Source: Gammaproteobacteria bacterium | Lineage (GTDB): Bacteria; Pseudomonadota; Gammaproteobacteria; GCA-001735895 | Assembly (NCBI GenBank): GCA_030066315.1 | Contig: JASJBW010000002.1 | Span: 1 to 49,718, forward strand | Direction: 5' to 3' | Length of the DNA stretch: 49,718 nucleotides | In this document: positions 1-9,398 of the stretch, piece by piece | Layout: each line of letters begins with the position of its first letter | How positions within the stretch are numbered: the first letter of the stretch is position 1 | Translations under genes and position numbers: made by a program | The notes under the pieces: model-generated | What the model saw: only the letters and a program-made list of their open reading frames with translations | Databases searched by the model: none | What the model was told of the DNA's origin: nothing

Positions 1-8
1 CTTCAGAA

Positions 9-521
9 ATGTTTCATAAGCTTGTGGAGGAAGTAGAAGAAATTGCAGAGGGCTTAATCGATGGTATTAGTGCCAAGTTCAATCAATTAAAAGAGAAAGC
101 CGGCAAGGCTCCAACCAAGAAAAAAGCAGCTACAAAGAAAGCATCCCCGAAAAAATCAGTCGCAAAGAAAAAGTCTGTAACCAAAAAAGCGGCTGCCAAG
201 AAAAAAGTGGCACCTAAAAAGAAAAGTGTCAAAAAAGCAGCCACAAAGAAGAAAGTGGCAGCTAAAAAGAAAACGGTTAAGAAAGCCGCTACCAAGAAAA
301 AGGTCGCCCCAAAGAAGAAGGTGTCCAAGAAAGCTGCGGTAAAGAAAAAGGCGGCGCCTAAAAAGAAGGTCTCCAAAAAAGCCGTGGTAAAGAAAAAAGT
401 CGCCAAAAAAGCGGTGGTCAAGAAAAAGGCCGCACCCAAAAAGAAAACCGTGAAAAAAGTGGCCGTTAAGAAAAAGGTTGCGATGAAAAAGGCGGCCCCT
501 AAAAAGAAGACGAGAACCTGA
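9..521 (+). CDS. Lys/Ala-rich histone H1-like / AlgP-type basic repeat protein. The frame is open to the window edge, so the true start may lie upstream.
   Basis: 170-aa ORF. After a ~30-aa acidic helical head (MFHKLVEEVEEIAEGL...) the product is almost entirely KKAA / APKKK / KKKV repeats. A hairpin+T-run terminator follows. Confidence 0.75.
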   Translation: MFHKLVEEVEEIAEGLIDGISAKFNQLKEKAGKAPTKKKAATKKASPKKSVAKKKSVTKKAAAKKKVAPKKKSVKKAATKKKVAAKKKTVKKAATKKKVAPKKKVSKKAAVKKKAAPKKKVSKKAVVKKKVAKKAVVKKKAAPKKKTVKKVAVKKKVAMKKAAPKKKTRT

Positions 522-557
522 TTAACCCGTTTAGATCAGATCTGATCAGTTACATAT

Positions 558-585
558 AAGGCCATGTTTACATGGCCTTTTTTTT
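558..585 (+). terminator. Rho-independent terminator after the Lys-rich gene
   Basis: aaggccatg-ttta-catggcctt stem-loop running into a T8 tract. Confidence 0.8.
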
Positions 586-616
586 CGCGAGATACCTCAA
601 TTGGAATAAATTCAAA

Positions 617-1039
617 TCAGGCTGCATGAGGACTGCTTAACAATTCAGAAGCCTTCTCTTGCATCTTTGAAAACATGGCATAAACACCCAAATGACGATT
701 TGGAGATAAGTGTTCGTTTAAATTCAATTGGTTGAATATTTCATCCATATCCAATTTTTGAATTTCTTCAACTGTCAACCCATCAACTAAGTTGATCAGT
801 AAAGCCAGTATGCCTTTGATTACAGCAGTATCACTATCACCAAGGTAATTAATCCTGTCATGATCAAGGTTGGCAACAATCCATACCCGGCTCATGCATC
901 CTTTAATCAGGTTGTTTTCATTCTTGTAGCCATCATCCAACTCGGGCATTTTCTCGCCAAGCTCAATTAAGTATTCATATCGCTGATCCCAGTCGCCTAA
1001 CAGCTCAAAAATATCAATATATTCATCCAGCTGTTCCAT
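617..1039 (-). CDS. sufE: Cysteine desulfuration sulfur-acceptor protein SufE
   Basis: 140 aa. SufE-like N-terminus (WDQRYEYLIELGEKMPEL) and the sulfur-acceptor Cys context (IKGCMSRVWI). It is the last gene of the suf cluster. Confidence 0.85.
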   Translation of the reverse strand: MEQLDEYIDIFELLGDWDQRYEYLIELGEKMPELDDGYKNENNLIKGCMSRVWIVANLDHDRINYLGDSDTAVIKGILALLINLVDGLTVEEIQKLDMDEIFNQLNLNEHLSPNRHLGVYAMFSKMQEKASELLSSPHAA

Positions 1040-1078
1040 AGGACTTACCTCCTAAGAATGATAAGTTGTTCATTTTTT

Positions 1079-1405
1079 TTAAATCTTAAAAGACTCGCCA
1101 CACCCACATACATCCTTAACATTAGGATTGATGAAATCAAAACCCTCGTTTAGGGCATTCATCTTCACGTAATCGACCGTGGTGCCATCAATCAATTTAA
1201 GACTATCAGCATCCACAATCACTTTTACTCCGTTGGTTTCAAACAAGTGATCATCCTGATCCACTTCATCGGCATAATCGACTTCATAGGCAAAACCAGT
1301 ACATCCTGAAGGTTTGGTGCTCAGGCGCAATCCGAGTCCATGACCTCTTTTATCTAACATTTTAATGACTCTCTCGGCTGCTTTTTCTGTTAACTGAATA
1401 CTCAT
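1079..1405 (-). CDS. sufA: A-type Fe-S carrier (HesB/IscA/SufA family)
   Basis: 108 aa with the family Cys triad: SGCTGF ... CGCGESF at the C-terminus. It lies inside the suf cluster. Confidence 0.85.
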   Translation of the reverse strand: MSIQLTEKAAERVIKMLDKRGHGLGLRLSTKPSGCTGFAYEVDYADEVDQDDHLFETNGVKVIVDADSLKLIDGTTVDYVKMNALNEGFDFINPNVKDVCGCGESFKI

Positions 1406-1429
1406 CTTTGATTACCTTTTAAATAACAA

Positions 1430-1774
1430 TTACATTAAACCTAATTCCAGTTTGATCTCATCTGAAAGCAATTCTGGTCGCCACGGAGGATCCCAGGTCA
1501 ATGTCACAATAGCCTCATCAATTTGATCCAGAGACTTTACCGCCTCTTCCACAGACTGAGGCATAGATTCTGCAACAGGGCAATTAGGTGTCGTCAGTGT
1601 CATTTCGATATTGGCTGTTAGACCGTAAACATCGATTCTATAAATTAATCCGAGATCATAAATATTCACCGGAATTTCGGGATCATAGATTTGTCTCAAT
1701 ACATCGATAATCTCGTCAATCAATGGATTTTGCTGTTCTGTCAGAGTACTTGTCATCGTCATATCAATTCTCAT
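1430..1774 (-). CDS. DUF59 / SufT-like Fe-S assembly protein
   Basis: 114 aa. DUF59 signature IYDPEIPVNIYDLGLIY and a TTPNCP Cys. Several in-frame Met codons near the 5' end leave the start uncertain. Confidence 0.75.
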   Translation of the reverse strand: MRIDMTMTSTLTEQQNPLIDEIIDVLRQIYDPEIPVNIYDLGLIYRIDVYGLTANIEMTLTTPNCPVAESMPQSVEEAVKSLDQIDEAIVTLTWDPPWRPELLSDEIKLELGLM

Positions 1775-1821
1775 GTTGGCAATTTAATAAAAGCAGCTTT
1801 TCAGACCAGTAGAGTTTAAGT

Positions 1822-3129
1822 TCATAACAGGTTACTCAGTAATCCATGGATATAGTTCTGAATGGGCTTATCTTCAATGGCTTCCAGAACTTGTTCAGCA
1901 AAGCCCAGGCATAACATTCGGTATGCCTGATCTTCTGGAATACCTCGTGCACGCAAATAGAACATGTGTTCGGGATTGATTTTTCCTACCGTGGTGCCAT
2001 GACTACATTTGACATCATCAGCATAGATTTCCAGTTGGGGTTTCGTATTGATTTCAGCATCATCCACCAGTAAAAGATTCTTGTTCGATAACTGTGCATC
2101 GGTCTTTTGTGCATCCTTGGACACCAATATACGACCATCAAAAACAGCTCGACCTTTACCATGTATGATACCTCTGAATTTTTCCTGGCTGGTACAGTTG
2201 GGCTGCTGGTGTTTAACATCAATATGTATGTCGTTATATTGTTGATCTCTTACTGTATAGACGCCCTGTAAGTCGCAACTTGCCTGTTGGCCTTCAAATG
2301 CAGTCTGAATATCCATGCGACTCCAACACCCTCCCAGGGCTAGATTGACATTTTTATAGATACTGCCATTTTTCTGTTTGAGCGCGACGCGACTGAGATG
2401 GTAGGCATTATGACTTTCCTGTTGAATCCGATAGTGTTTTAGGTGCGCATTCTTTTTTAAAACAATATCGCTCGTGCCATTAAAGAAATATTCGGCCTCA
2501 TCTAAACTCATGTATCGTTCAACGACCTTCGCTTGAGCATCATTCTCGAGAATGATCAGTGAACTTGGCTGCGACAATACCTGGTCATCACTTGAGTGGT
2601 TGACGTAGGCGATTTCAATGGGCTTTTCGATCCAGGTATTCTTGGGCACATGAATGTAAAAACCATCGGAAAACAGGGAACGGTTCATCTGGGCAAACGC
2701 ATCGGACTCAAAACTGTTGATAGTTTGCAAGATCCTGGCGGCATCGAATTGCAGTTCTGCTGATAATTGACTAAAGGCCGATATAATAATGCGATCGGAC
2801 AGACCTTCAAGAGAAGAGAGTTGTGGATTAAATCGACCATTCACCATCACCAGACGATAACTCTCCTGCTCAGGGAATATCCATTCATCCACATCAATAG
2901 CGTCGATGGTCTTCCGGTCATTGAGCTTGAACATCTTCTCGTATAAGCTGTTCAAATCGGTATAACGCCATGTTTCTTGTTTACGATTTGGCATTACCAG
3001 GTGCTTGAGTTGGTTGCGGGCTTTAGCCTGGATATTGTTAACAGCCAGCACCTTGGACTTTTCAATTTCCGGTTGATTACTCAGCAGGGTATTTTGAAAC
3101 CAGTCCTGACCAATAATTGAAGAATTCAT
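1822..3129 (-). CDS. sufD: Fe-S cluster assembly protein SufD
   Basis: 435 aa. The C-terminal beta-helix region is paralogous to SufB (KPQLEIYADDVKCSHGTTVG). Its start overlaps the sufC stop by 4 nt. Confidence 0.9.
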   Translation of the reverse strand: MNSSIIGQDWFQNTLLSNQPEIEKSKVLAVNNIQAKARNQLKHLVMPNRKQETWRYTDLNSLYEKMFKLNDRKTIDAIDVDEWIFPEQESYRLVMVNGRFNPQLSSLEGLSDRIIISAFSQLSAELQFDAARILQTINSFESDAFAQMNRSLFSDGFYIHVPKNTWIEKPIEIAYVNHSSDDQVLSQPSSLIILENDAQAKVVERYMSLDEAEYFFNGTSDIVLKKNAHLKHYRIQQESHNAYHLSRVALKQKNGSIYKNVNLALGGCWSRMDIQTAFEGQQASCDLQGVYTVRDQQYNDIHIDVKHQQPNCTSQEKFRGIIHGKGRAVFDGRILVSKDAQKTDAQLSNKNLLLVDDAEINTKPQLEIYADDVKCSHGTTVGKINPEHMFYLRARGIPEDQAYRMLCLGFAEQVLEAIEDKPIQNYIHGLLSNLL

Positions 3130-3878
3130 GCCGCATCCTCCTCCAGGATCCAGCCATAACCTTTCTCTTCGAGCTCAAGTGCCAGACTGTGCCCACCCGA
3201 ACGCACAATGCGACCGTTGGCTAAAACATGCACCACATCAGGTTTGATGTAATCCAGTAAACGTTGATAGTGGGTAACGACAATCATAGACCGTTGTGGA
3301 CTGCGCAAGGCGTTTACGCCATTGGCCACCACCCTGAGGGCATCGATATCTAATCCAGAATCGGTTTCATCAAGAATACCGAGTTTTGGTTCGAGCAGGG
3401 CCATTTGCAGGATTTCATTGCGTTTCTTTTCTCCACCTGAGAATCCACTATTAACATCTCTTTTGAGGAGTTTCTCCGGTAACTCGACCAGCGCCGCTTT
3501 TTCTTTAACCAGCTTCATGAATGCAACTGCATCCAGTTCATCTTGTCCATTAACACGGCGGATACTGTTCATCGACTCTTTGAGAAATGTCATATTATTA
3601 ACCCCCGGTAACTCCACCGGGTATTGCATTGCGAGAAAAATTCCCCGTTGCGCTCGCTCCTCAACGCTGAGATCAAACAGGTCTTGATCCTGGTACAGAA
3701 TTGAGCCTTTAATCAGTTCGTAACCATCACGCCCGGCAAGTATATGTGCCATAGTACTCTTTCCAGAACCATTCGGTCCCATGATGGCATGGACCTCGCC
3801 GGGTTTTACCTCGAGATTTAAACCCTTGAGAATGTCCTTGCCTTCAACGCTTACATGTAAATCTTTAATGCTTAACAT
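3126..3878 (-). CDS. sufC: Fe-S cluster assembly ATPase SufC
   Basis: Walker A GPNGSGKST, ABC signature FSGGEKKR, Walker B LGILDETDSGLD. Start chosen at the ATG 8 nt after a GGGAG SD. The track ORF extends to 3908 and would overlap sufB. Confidence 0.9.
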   Translation of the reverse strand: MLSIKDLHVSVEGKDILKGLNLEVKPGEVHAIMGPNGSGKSTMAHILAGRDGYELIKGSILYQDQDLFDLSVEERAQRGIFLAMQYPVELPGVNNMTFLKESMNSIRRVNGQDELDAVAFMKLVKEKAALVELPEKLLKRDVNSGFSGGEKKRNEILQMALLEPKLGILDETDSGLDIDALRVVANGVNALRSPQRSMIVVTHYQRLLDYIKPDVVHVLANGRIVRSGGHSLALELEEKGYGWILEEDAA

Positions 3879-3894
3879 TGCCATATCTCCCAAT

Positions 3895-5343
3895 TTAGCC
3901 AACGGCACCCTCTAGGGTAACGTTTAATAATTTTCGAGCCTCGACTGCAAACTCCATCGGCAGCTCTTTCAAAACCTCTTTACAAAAACCATTCACGATC
4001 ATGGAAATCGCGGCTTCTTCATCGAGCCCGCGCTGTTGACAGTAAAACAATTGGTCTTCGCTGATCTTCGATGTTGTTGCTTCATGTTCAACATCTGCCG
4101 AGGGATTCTTCACTTCTATGTACGGATAAGTATGCGCACCGCAGCGATCGCCAATCAGTAACGAGTCACATTGAGTATGGTTTCGCGCATGTTCAGCACG
4201 CCTAGCGATACGCACCAAACCCCGATAGGTATTATGAGCCTTGCCGGCAGATATACCTTTGGAAACAACCGTGCTGCGAGTATTACGACCCATGTGAATC
4301 ATCTTGGTCCCAGTATCCGCTTGTTGCAGGCCTTTTGTGACGGCAACAGAGTAAAATTCACCAACAGAGTCGTTTCCTCTCAGAATACAACTTGGATATT
4401 TCCAGGTAATGGCCGAACCGGTTTCAACCTGGGTCCAGGAAATATGAGCACGATCACCACGACAATCCCCTCTTTTAGTGACAAAGTTATAGATCCCACC
4501 ACGACCTTGCTCATCACCCGGATACCAATTCTGCACCGTAGAGTATTTGATGGTTGCATCGCCCAGTGCGACCAACTCCACAACCGCGGCATGTAGTTGG
4601 TTTTCATCTCGTTGTGGAGCGGTACAGCCTTCAAGGTAACTGACATAACTACCTTCATCTGCAATGATCAGGGTACGCTCGAATTGGCCTGTGTTTGACT
4701 CGTTGATACGGAAATAGGTGGATAACTCCATCGGGCAACGGACATTGGGGGGAATGTAAACAAAAGTGCCATCGCTGAACACGGCCGCATTCAGCGCGGC
4801 AAAAAAATTGTCTTTGTGCGGGACGACACTGGCAAAATATTTTCTGACCAGGTCAGGATGCTCCTGTAGGGCCTCAGACATTGAGCAAAAAATGACCCCG
4901 GCCTCAGACAATTTCTCACGAAATGTAGTCGCGACTGAGACACTGTCAAAAACTGCATCCACTGCAATACCGGCCAGGGCTTTCTGCTCTTCCAGGGGGA
5001 TCCCCAGTTTGTTATAAGTATCCAGAATTTCCGGATCAATTTCATCCAGACTCTTAGGTCCATCACCTTTCTTTTTAGGTGCTGAATAATAGGAGATAGT
5101 CTGAAAATCTATGGCAGGTATTTTTAAATGCGCCCAATCTGGAGGCACCATATTCAACCAGTCTTGGTAAGCTTGTATACGCAGCTGAGTCATCCATTCG
5201 GGTTCCCTCTTTATTAAAGAAATTCTCCTGATGACATCCTCATCCAAACCGGGCTCGAATGTTTCTGCATCGATGTTCGTAACAAAACCGGCTACATAAC
5301 CATGATCAATCAGCTGCTCAATAGTCTCGGTTGTTGCACTCAT
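3895..5343 (-). CDS. sufB: Fe-S cluster assembly scaffold SufB
   Basis: 482 aa with typical SufB blocks ([43 protein letters not shown]). A GGAGG SD lies upstream. Confidence 0.95.
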   Translation of the reverse strand: MSATTETIEQLIDHGYVAGFVTNIDAETFEPGLDEDVIRRISLIKREPEWMTQLRIQAYQDWLNMVPPDWAHLKIPAIDFQTISYYSAPKKKGDGPKSLDEIDPEILDTYNKLGIPLEEQKALAGIAVDAVFDSVSVATTFREKLSEAGVIFCSMSEALQEHPDLVRKYFASVVPHKDNFFAALNAAVFSDGTFVYIPPNVRCPMELSTYFRINESNTGQFERTLIIADEGSYVSYLEGCTAPQRDENQLHAAVVELVALGDATIKYSTVQNWYPGDEQGRGGIYNFVTKRGDCRGDRAHISWTQVETGSAITWKYPSCILRGNDSVGEFYSVAVTKGLQQADTGTKMIHMGRNTRSTVVSKGISAGKAHNTYRGLVRIARRAEHARNHTQCDSLLIGDRCGAHTYPYIEVKNPSADVEHEATTSKISEDQLFYCQQRGLDEEAAISMIVNGFCKEVLKELPMEFAVEARKLLNVTLEGAVG

Positions 5344-5364
5344 TAATCACGCCTCCAATAATTT

Positions 5365-5381
5365 CTGAGTAAATTAGTCAG
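5365..5381. promoter_or_regulatory. Imperfect 17-bp palindrome just upstream of the sufB SD (candidate operator)
   Basis: ctgagtaaattagtcag; 7 of 8 arm base pairs are self-complementary (one g-g mismatch). It lies 9 nt from the GGAGG SD of sufB. Confidence 0.25.
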
Positions 5382-5839
5382 GTATTTATATATCATCTGA
5401 TTCTGGGTTCAACCCCTCAGTTCATAGGTCTAATTCTCGGCTCAATCTTCAAAAGTAAGATGCGAACAAAAGAGCAAACCACTTGTAACAAATTGGAATA
5501 ATTGCCTTACCACTCACTTAAACCCAGTCAATTTTAGATATTCAATCAACTATCGATGGATTGCTTCACTAAATTCCAGGCAAAAACCACTCAATACACT
5601 GACCAGGGAATCAAAAAATAATTCCTTACTAAAATGGTCAAGTATTATATAATTGTTGCTGGCTGTAAAACTTTCAAGTGTGGATTGAAAGGTTGCAACC
5701 CCTAAAGATCATTCGATACTGGTTCAATTCGTAAATCCAATGAGTGCATTCCCTTGGAAATCGATCATTCGCTATTTGAAGATACTTTCTTGATAAAATA
5801 CCGCCCTGAAATTAACCAAACTTTCGTGATAACCAGAAT

Positions 5840-6658
5840 ATGAAACAGATAAAATCAATTGTGGAATCCCTTTGGTTTCATAATTTTATTATTACCGTCA
5901 TTGTTATAAATGGCGTTGTTTTAGGTATAGAAACCATACGGGACTTAGATCCCACTTTTTTACAAATACTGATCGCCATTGATCGTATTTGCCTGGGTAT
6001 TTTTGTAATCGAACTGCTCATGAAATTGATGGTTTATCGTTTGTTCTTCTTCAAACAGGGGTGGAACATTTTTGATTTCGTTATCGTAGCGGTGGCCTTG
6101 ATACCGGCTACCGGTCAGCTTTCCATACTACGAGCTTTTCGTATATTCAGGGTTTTACGATTAATCACCACGGTAGATTCCATTCGGCGTGTTGTCGCAG
6201 GTATGTTGATTGCTATACCTGGTGTGGGTTCCGTGGGAGCTCTACTCATGATCTTTTTTTATATAGGGGCAGTAATCAGCACCACCCTTTTTGGTGAACT
6301 ATTCCCGGACTGGTTTGGAAATATTGGGCGTTCCATGTACAGCCTGTTTCAAATCATGACCCTGGAATCCTGGTCGATGGGTATTGTTCGACCGGTTATG
6401 GAGGAATTTCCGTATGCCTGGATTTTTTTCATTCCCTTTATCATGGTTACGACTTTCATGGTATTGAACCTGTTTATCGGTATCATCGTGGATGCCATTG
6501 CCACTGTTAAAGAACAAGATAATTCTGACCGTAATCACCAGATATCCAGCAAAGAAGATATCGATTTAATCCGTCGGGATATCGCACTGTTACAAGATAA
6601 ACTGGATCACTTACTGAATGACCCCAACGCCGAGGTGCCATTAGATAAATCGAAATAA
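5840..6658 (+). CDS. Bacterial voltage-gated sodium channel (NaChBac/NavAb family, single 6-TM domain)
   Basis: S4 has Arg at every third position (LRAFRIFRVLRLI). The pore/selectivity filter FQIMTLESWSMGIVRPVM is almost identical to the NavAb filter TLESWSM. There is a C-terminal coiled-coil-like tail. Confidence 0.9.
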   Translation: MKQIKSIVESLWFHNFIITVIVINGVVLGIETIRDLDPTFLQILIAIDRICLGIFVIELLMKLMVYRLFFFKQGWNIFDFVIVAVALIPATGQLSILRAFRIFRVLRLITTVDSIRRVVAGMLIAIPGVGSVGALLMIFFYIGAVISTTLFGELFPDWFGNIGRSMYSLFQIMTLESWSMGIVRPVMEEFPYAWIFFIPFIMVTTFMVLNLFIGIIVDAIATVKEQDNSDRNHQISSKEDIDLIRRDIALLQDKLDHLLNDPNAEVPLDKSK

Positions 6659-6743
6659 TCGAAACGGATATCAGAAAAACCGAATTTATACATGGGTTGA
6701 ATGTAATAAGTTATAGATTGATAACTTTAACGAGGTAGCTTCA

Positions 6744-7103
6744 ATGCAAATCGATATACAATCACGTTCATTCAGCCTTACCCAAGCATTACAACGTTAC
6801 GTAAAAAAGAAAATTCAGTCCCATCTCGATCGCAGAGCGGATCATATTATGCGGGTCAACGTGAGATTGTCTGACATCAACGGTCCGCACGGTGGCGTCG
6901 ACAAACGCTGCGTTGTACACCTGGTGCTCCCCCAACAAGCTGACATCGTCATTGGGGAAACACAAAGCAATCTTTACAGCGCGATCAATGCTTGTTGTGT
7001 GCGGGCTCGATCGGTACTGAGTCGAAAATTATCCCGCCATAAACGACAAAAAATATCGTTGTATAATTCTTTGTCAGAGAACCTATACGGGAGTGCCTAT
7101 TAG
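6744..7103 (+). CDS. HPF/RaiA-family ribosome-associated protein (short form with a basic tail)
   Basis: 119 aa. Pattern MQIDIQSRSFSLTQALQRYVKKKI ... VNVRLSDINGPHGGVDKRCVVHL ... SNLYSAINACCVRA fits the beta-alpha-beta-beta-beta-alpha HPF layout. Confidence 0.7.
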   Translation: MQIDIQSRSFSLTQALQRYVKKKIQSHLDRRADHIMRVNVRLSDINGPHGGVDKRCVVHLVLPQQADIVIGETQSNLYSAINACCVRARSVLSRKLSRHKRQKISLYNSLSENLYGSAY

Positions 7104-7150
7104 ATAAGATTTACGCTCCCCGTCTTATTATCACGAGAGGAGCGTAGACA

Positions 7151-8119
7151 TTGTTCAAAGTTGCCATTATTGGTGCGGGTATGGCCGGGTTATCTGCTGC
7201 AGGTCAATTACATCAGCAGGCCGATGTTCACATCTTTGAAAAATCATGGCGTGCCGGTGGTCGACTCACGACACGTCACAAGGACTACATTTTTGATCAC
7301 GGTGCCCAGCATTTTTATGTTAAGACTAAAGCCTTTGAAGCATTTTTAGCACCGTACATGAAGCAGGGTATCGTCCAACGTTGGGATGCTCGCTTTGTAG
7401 AGTTTGATGGTGACCATATAATCGCCCGGCGACGGTGGAATGAAGCATTTCCTCACTACGTGGCAGTGCCTGGCATGGAAGCTTTAGGACACACCGTCGC
7501 ACGAAATTACAACATTCAATATCAAACCCGTATTACCCAAATTGTGAGACAAGACCAGCATTGGGCATTGTTTTCCGATGACATTGCTCTGGGCCTGTTT
7601 GATTGGGTTGTTTTGGCTATCCCCGCACCCCAAGCCGCTGCATTAATGCCGGTCAATTTTGTCCACCTGGACCAAATAAAAGTTAAGAAAATGCAGGCCT
7701 GTTATAGCCTCATGCTGGGATATAAAAATCCTCTAAGACTGGATTTTGATGCGGCCCTCATTAAAAACCGCGATATCAGCTGGATTTCGGTTAATAGCAG
7801 CAAACCGGGCAGGCACAAGACCTTTACCTTACTGGCGCATTCGACCAATCATTGGGCGGATCAACATACAGACCTGAACCGCGAGTCAGCGATTGAGCAT
7901 CTGGTAAACGAAGTTGAAAATGTGATACAGCAAAATGTGTCATCTGCAGACCATATTGATCTTCACCGCTGGCTTTATGCCAATATAGGACGGCAATCGG
8001 GGCAAGCGAACCTGGTTGATTATGAAAACAGATTGGCCGCGATTGGCGACTGGTGTATTTCAGGTCGAGTGGAATCCGCTTTTACCAGTGGTCATACACT
8101 TAAGATCTCACCCATGTAA
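7151..8119 (+). CDS. NAD/FAD-dependent oxidoreductase (renalase-like, COG3380-type)
   Basis: N-terminal dinucleotide fold KVAIIGAGMAGLSAA...FEKSWRAGGR. TTG start. Confidence 0.7.
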   Translation: MFKVAIIGAGMAGLSAAGQLHQQADVHIFEKSWRAGGRLTTRHKDYIFDHGAQHFYVKTKAFEAFLAPYMKQGIVQRWDARFVEFDGDHIIARRRWNEAFPHYVAVPGMEALGHTVARNYNIQYQTRITQIVRQDQHWALFSDDIALGLFDWVVLAIPAPQAAALMPVNFVHLDQIKVKKMQACYSLMLGYKNPLRLDFDAALIKNRDISWISVNSSKPGRHKTFTLLAHSTNHWADQHTDLNRESAIEHLVNEVENVIQQNVSSADHIDLHRWLYANIGRQSGQANLVDYENRLAAIGDWCISGRVESAFTSGHTLKISPM

Positions 8120-8121
8120 AC

Positions 8122-8337
8122 GTGAATAGAATTAATCCCAAAAAGCTGGCCTTATCCAAATGGACTGCTGTGCATCCGCAATACCAACAGAAACATTTTA
8201 TCGTAACCCAATTGTTTTATGCAGAAGACGACAAGATCGTCGCGTGTGAAATTGAGGCGGTCATAAACCAACAAACTTACACCATTGACTGGCACGAACT
8301 ACAGGATTCGGGGCGCTGGCTCATGGGATGGCAATAA
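8122..8337 (+). CDS. TIGR02450-type tryptophan-rich small protein
   Basis: 71 aa with SKWTAV...KHFIVT...IEAV...DWHELQD..RWLMGW. GTG start 2 nt after the upstream stop. Confidence 0.6.
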   Translation: MNRINPKKLALSKWTAVHPQYQQKHFIVTQLFYAEDDKIVACEIEAVINQQTYTIDWHELQDSGRWLMGWQ

Positions 8338-8449
8338 TAGATCTTCGAATCATGCCATTCGTAAAAAATTGTAAAAGCACGAGTTAACGCTTCCCTGAGA
8401 CGACATAAATCAGTACATTGCTCATCCATTTATTGATTAGGTATCACAA

Positions 8450-9364
8450 ATGAGGTGGCGCGGCAGTCGGCAAAGCAGCAATATTGAAGACCGTAGAGGT
8501 ATGCGCGTCTCGGGAATGGGGGGACTCGGAGGTGGTAATGGGCTACTGAGGTTATTACCGCTGGCTTTTCGATTTCTGGGTTTCAAAGGTACGCTTCTGG
8601 CCGTTATAGGACTGGTCGGTTACGGCTACTTTACCGGTAACCTCAATAATATTTTGGGCGGGTTTAATCTTCAATCCGGTCCAATAACCACACAACAACC
8701 CGTAAAACAAAGTGCAGCCGAGAAAGAGCTGGTCCAATTTATTTCAGTGGTATTAGCAGATACCGAGGATACCTGGCATGCCCTGTTCAATGCACAGGGT
8801 AAACAATACCAGGAACCTAAACTGGTGTTGTTTCGTAAGGCGGTAAAATCTGGCTGCGGTCTAGGCTCTGCTCAAATGGGACCTTTTTACTGCTCCGCTG
8901 ATAATAAAGTGTATATCGATCTCAGTTTTTATGACGATCTGAAGAACCGTTATGGCGCACCCGGTGATTTTGCCCAGGCCTATGTCATCGCACATGAGAT
9001 CGGCCATCATGTGCAAACCATCAGTGGCATCTCCAGTAAGGTGCATCATGCAAAAAAAAGTGTCGGTAAGGTTGAAGCCAACCAGTTATCTGTCAAGCAG
9101 GAGCTGCAAGCCGATTGCTATGCCGGTATCTGGGCGCATCATGCTAATCGCTCAAGACAGATTCTGGAGTCCGGAGATATCGAGGAAGGTCTGACTGCTG
9201 CCAGCGCTATTGGAGACGATCGTTTACAAAAGCAGGCCCAGGGTTATGTGACGCCTGATTCTTTTACCCATGGTAGTTCTGCTCAACGGGTGAAGTGGTT
9301 CAAGATCGGTTTCGAACAAGGCACGCTCAAAGCCTGTGATACATTTTCCGCCAAATCTCTTTAA
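8450..9364 (+). CDS. ypfJ: YpfJ-family putative neutral zinc metallopeptidase
   Basis: N-terminus MRWRGSRQSSNIEDRRG, one TM segment, and the HEIGHH zinc motif. Confidence 0.85.
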   Translation: MRWRGSRQSSNIEDRRGMRVSGMGGLGGGNGLLRLLPLAFRFLGFKGTLLAVIGLVGYGYFTGNLNNILGGFNLQSGPITTQQPVKQSAAEKELVQFISVVLADTEDTWHALFNAQGKQYQEPKLVLFRKAVKSGCGLGSAQMGPFYCSADNKVYIDLSFYDDLKNRYGAPGDFAQAYVIAHEIGHHVQTISGISSKVHHAKKSVGKVEANQLSVKQELQADCYAGIWAHHANRSRQILESGDIEEGLTAASAIGDDRLQKQAQGYVTPDSFTHGSSAQRVKWFKIGFEQGTLKACDTFSAKSL

Positions 9365-9398
9365 TATCAGAATCTATCTTTTTTTCACTGATTGATTT

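Noticed and set aside
83-439. 118-aa minus-strand ORF inside the Lys-rich gene
   Set aside because: It is the reverse-complement reading of the AAG/AAA/GCN repeats, giving a Phe/Leu/Ala-rich shadow frame. It has no independent start context, and the + strand frame has the terminator.
1986-5066. Multiple 60-140-aa ORFs overlapping sufD, sufC and sufB on either strand (1986-2222, 2048-2245, 3322-3687, 4171-4596, 4380-4664, 4766-5017, 4791-5066)
   Set aside because: All lie entirely inside strongly recognisable suf genes and have low-complexity or odd composition. They are shadow frames.
5344-5839. Searched the sufB upstream region for an IscR type-2 site (AxxxCCxxAxxxxxxxTAxGGxxxT) or a Fur box
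   Set aside because: The best candidate around 5360-5390 fails the TA and GG positions, and no convincing Fur-like 19-mer was seen. Only the generic near-palindrome is reported.
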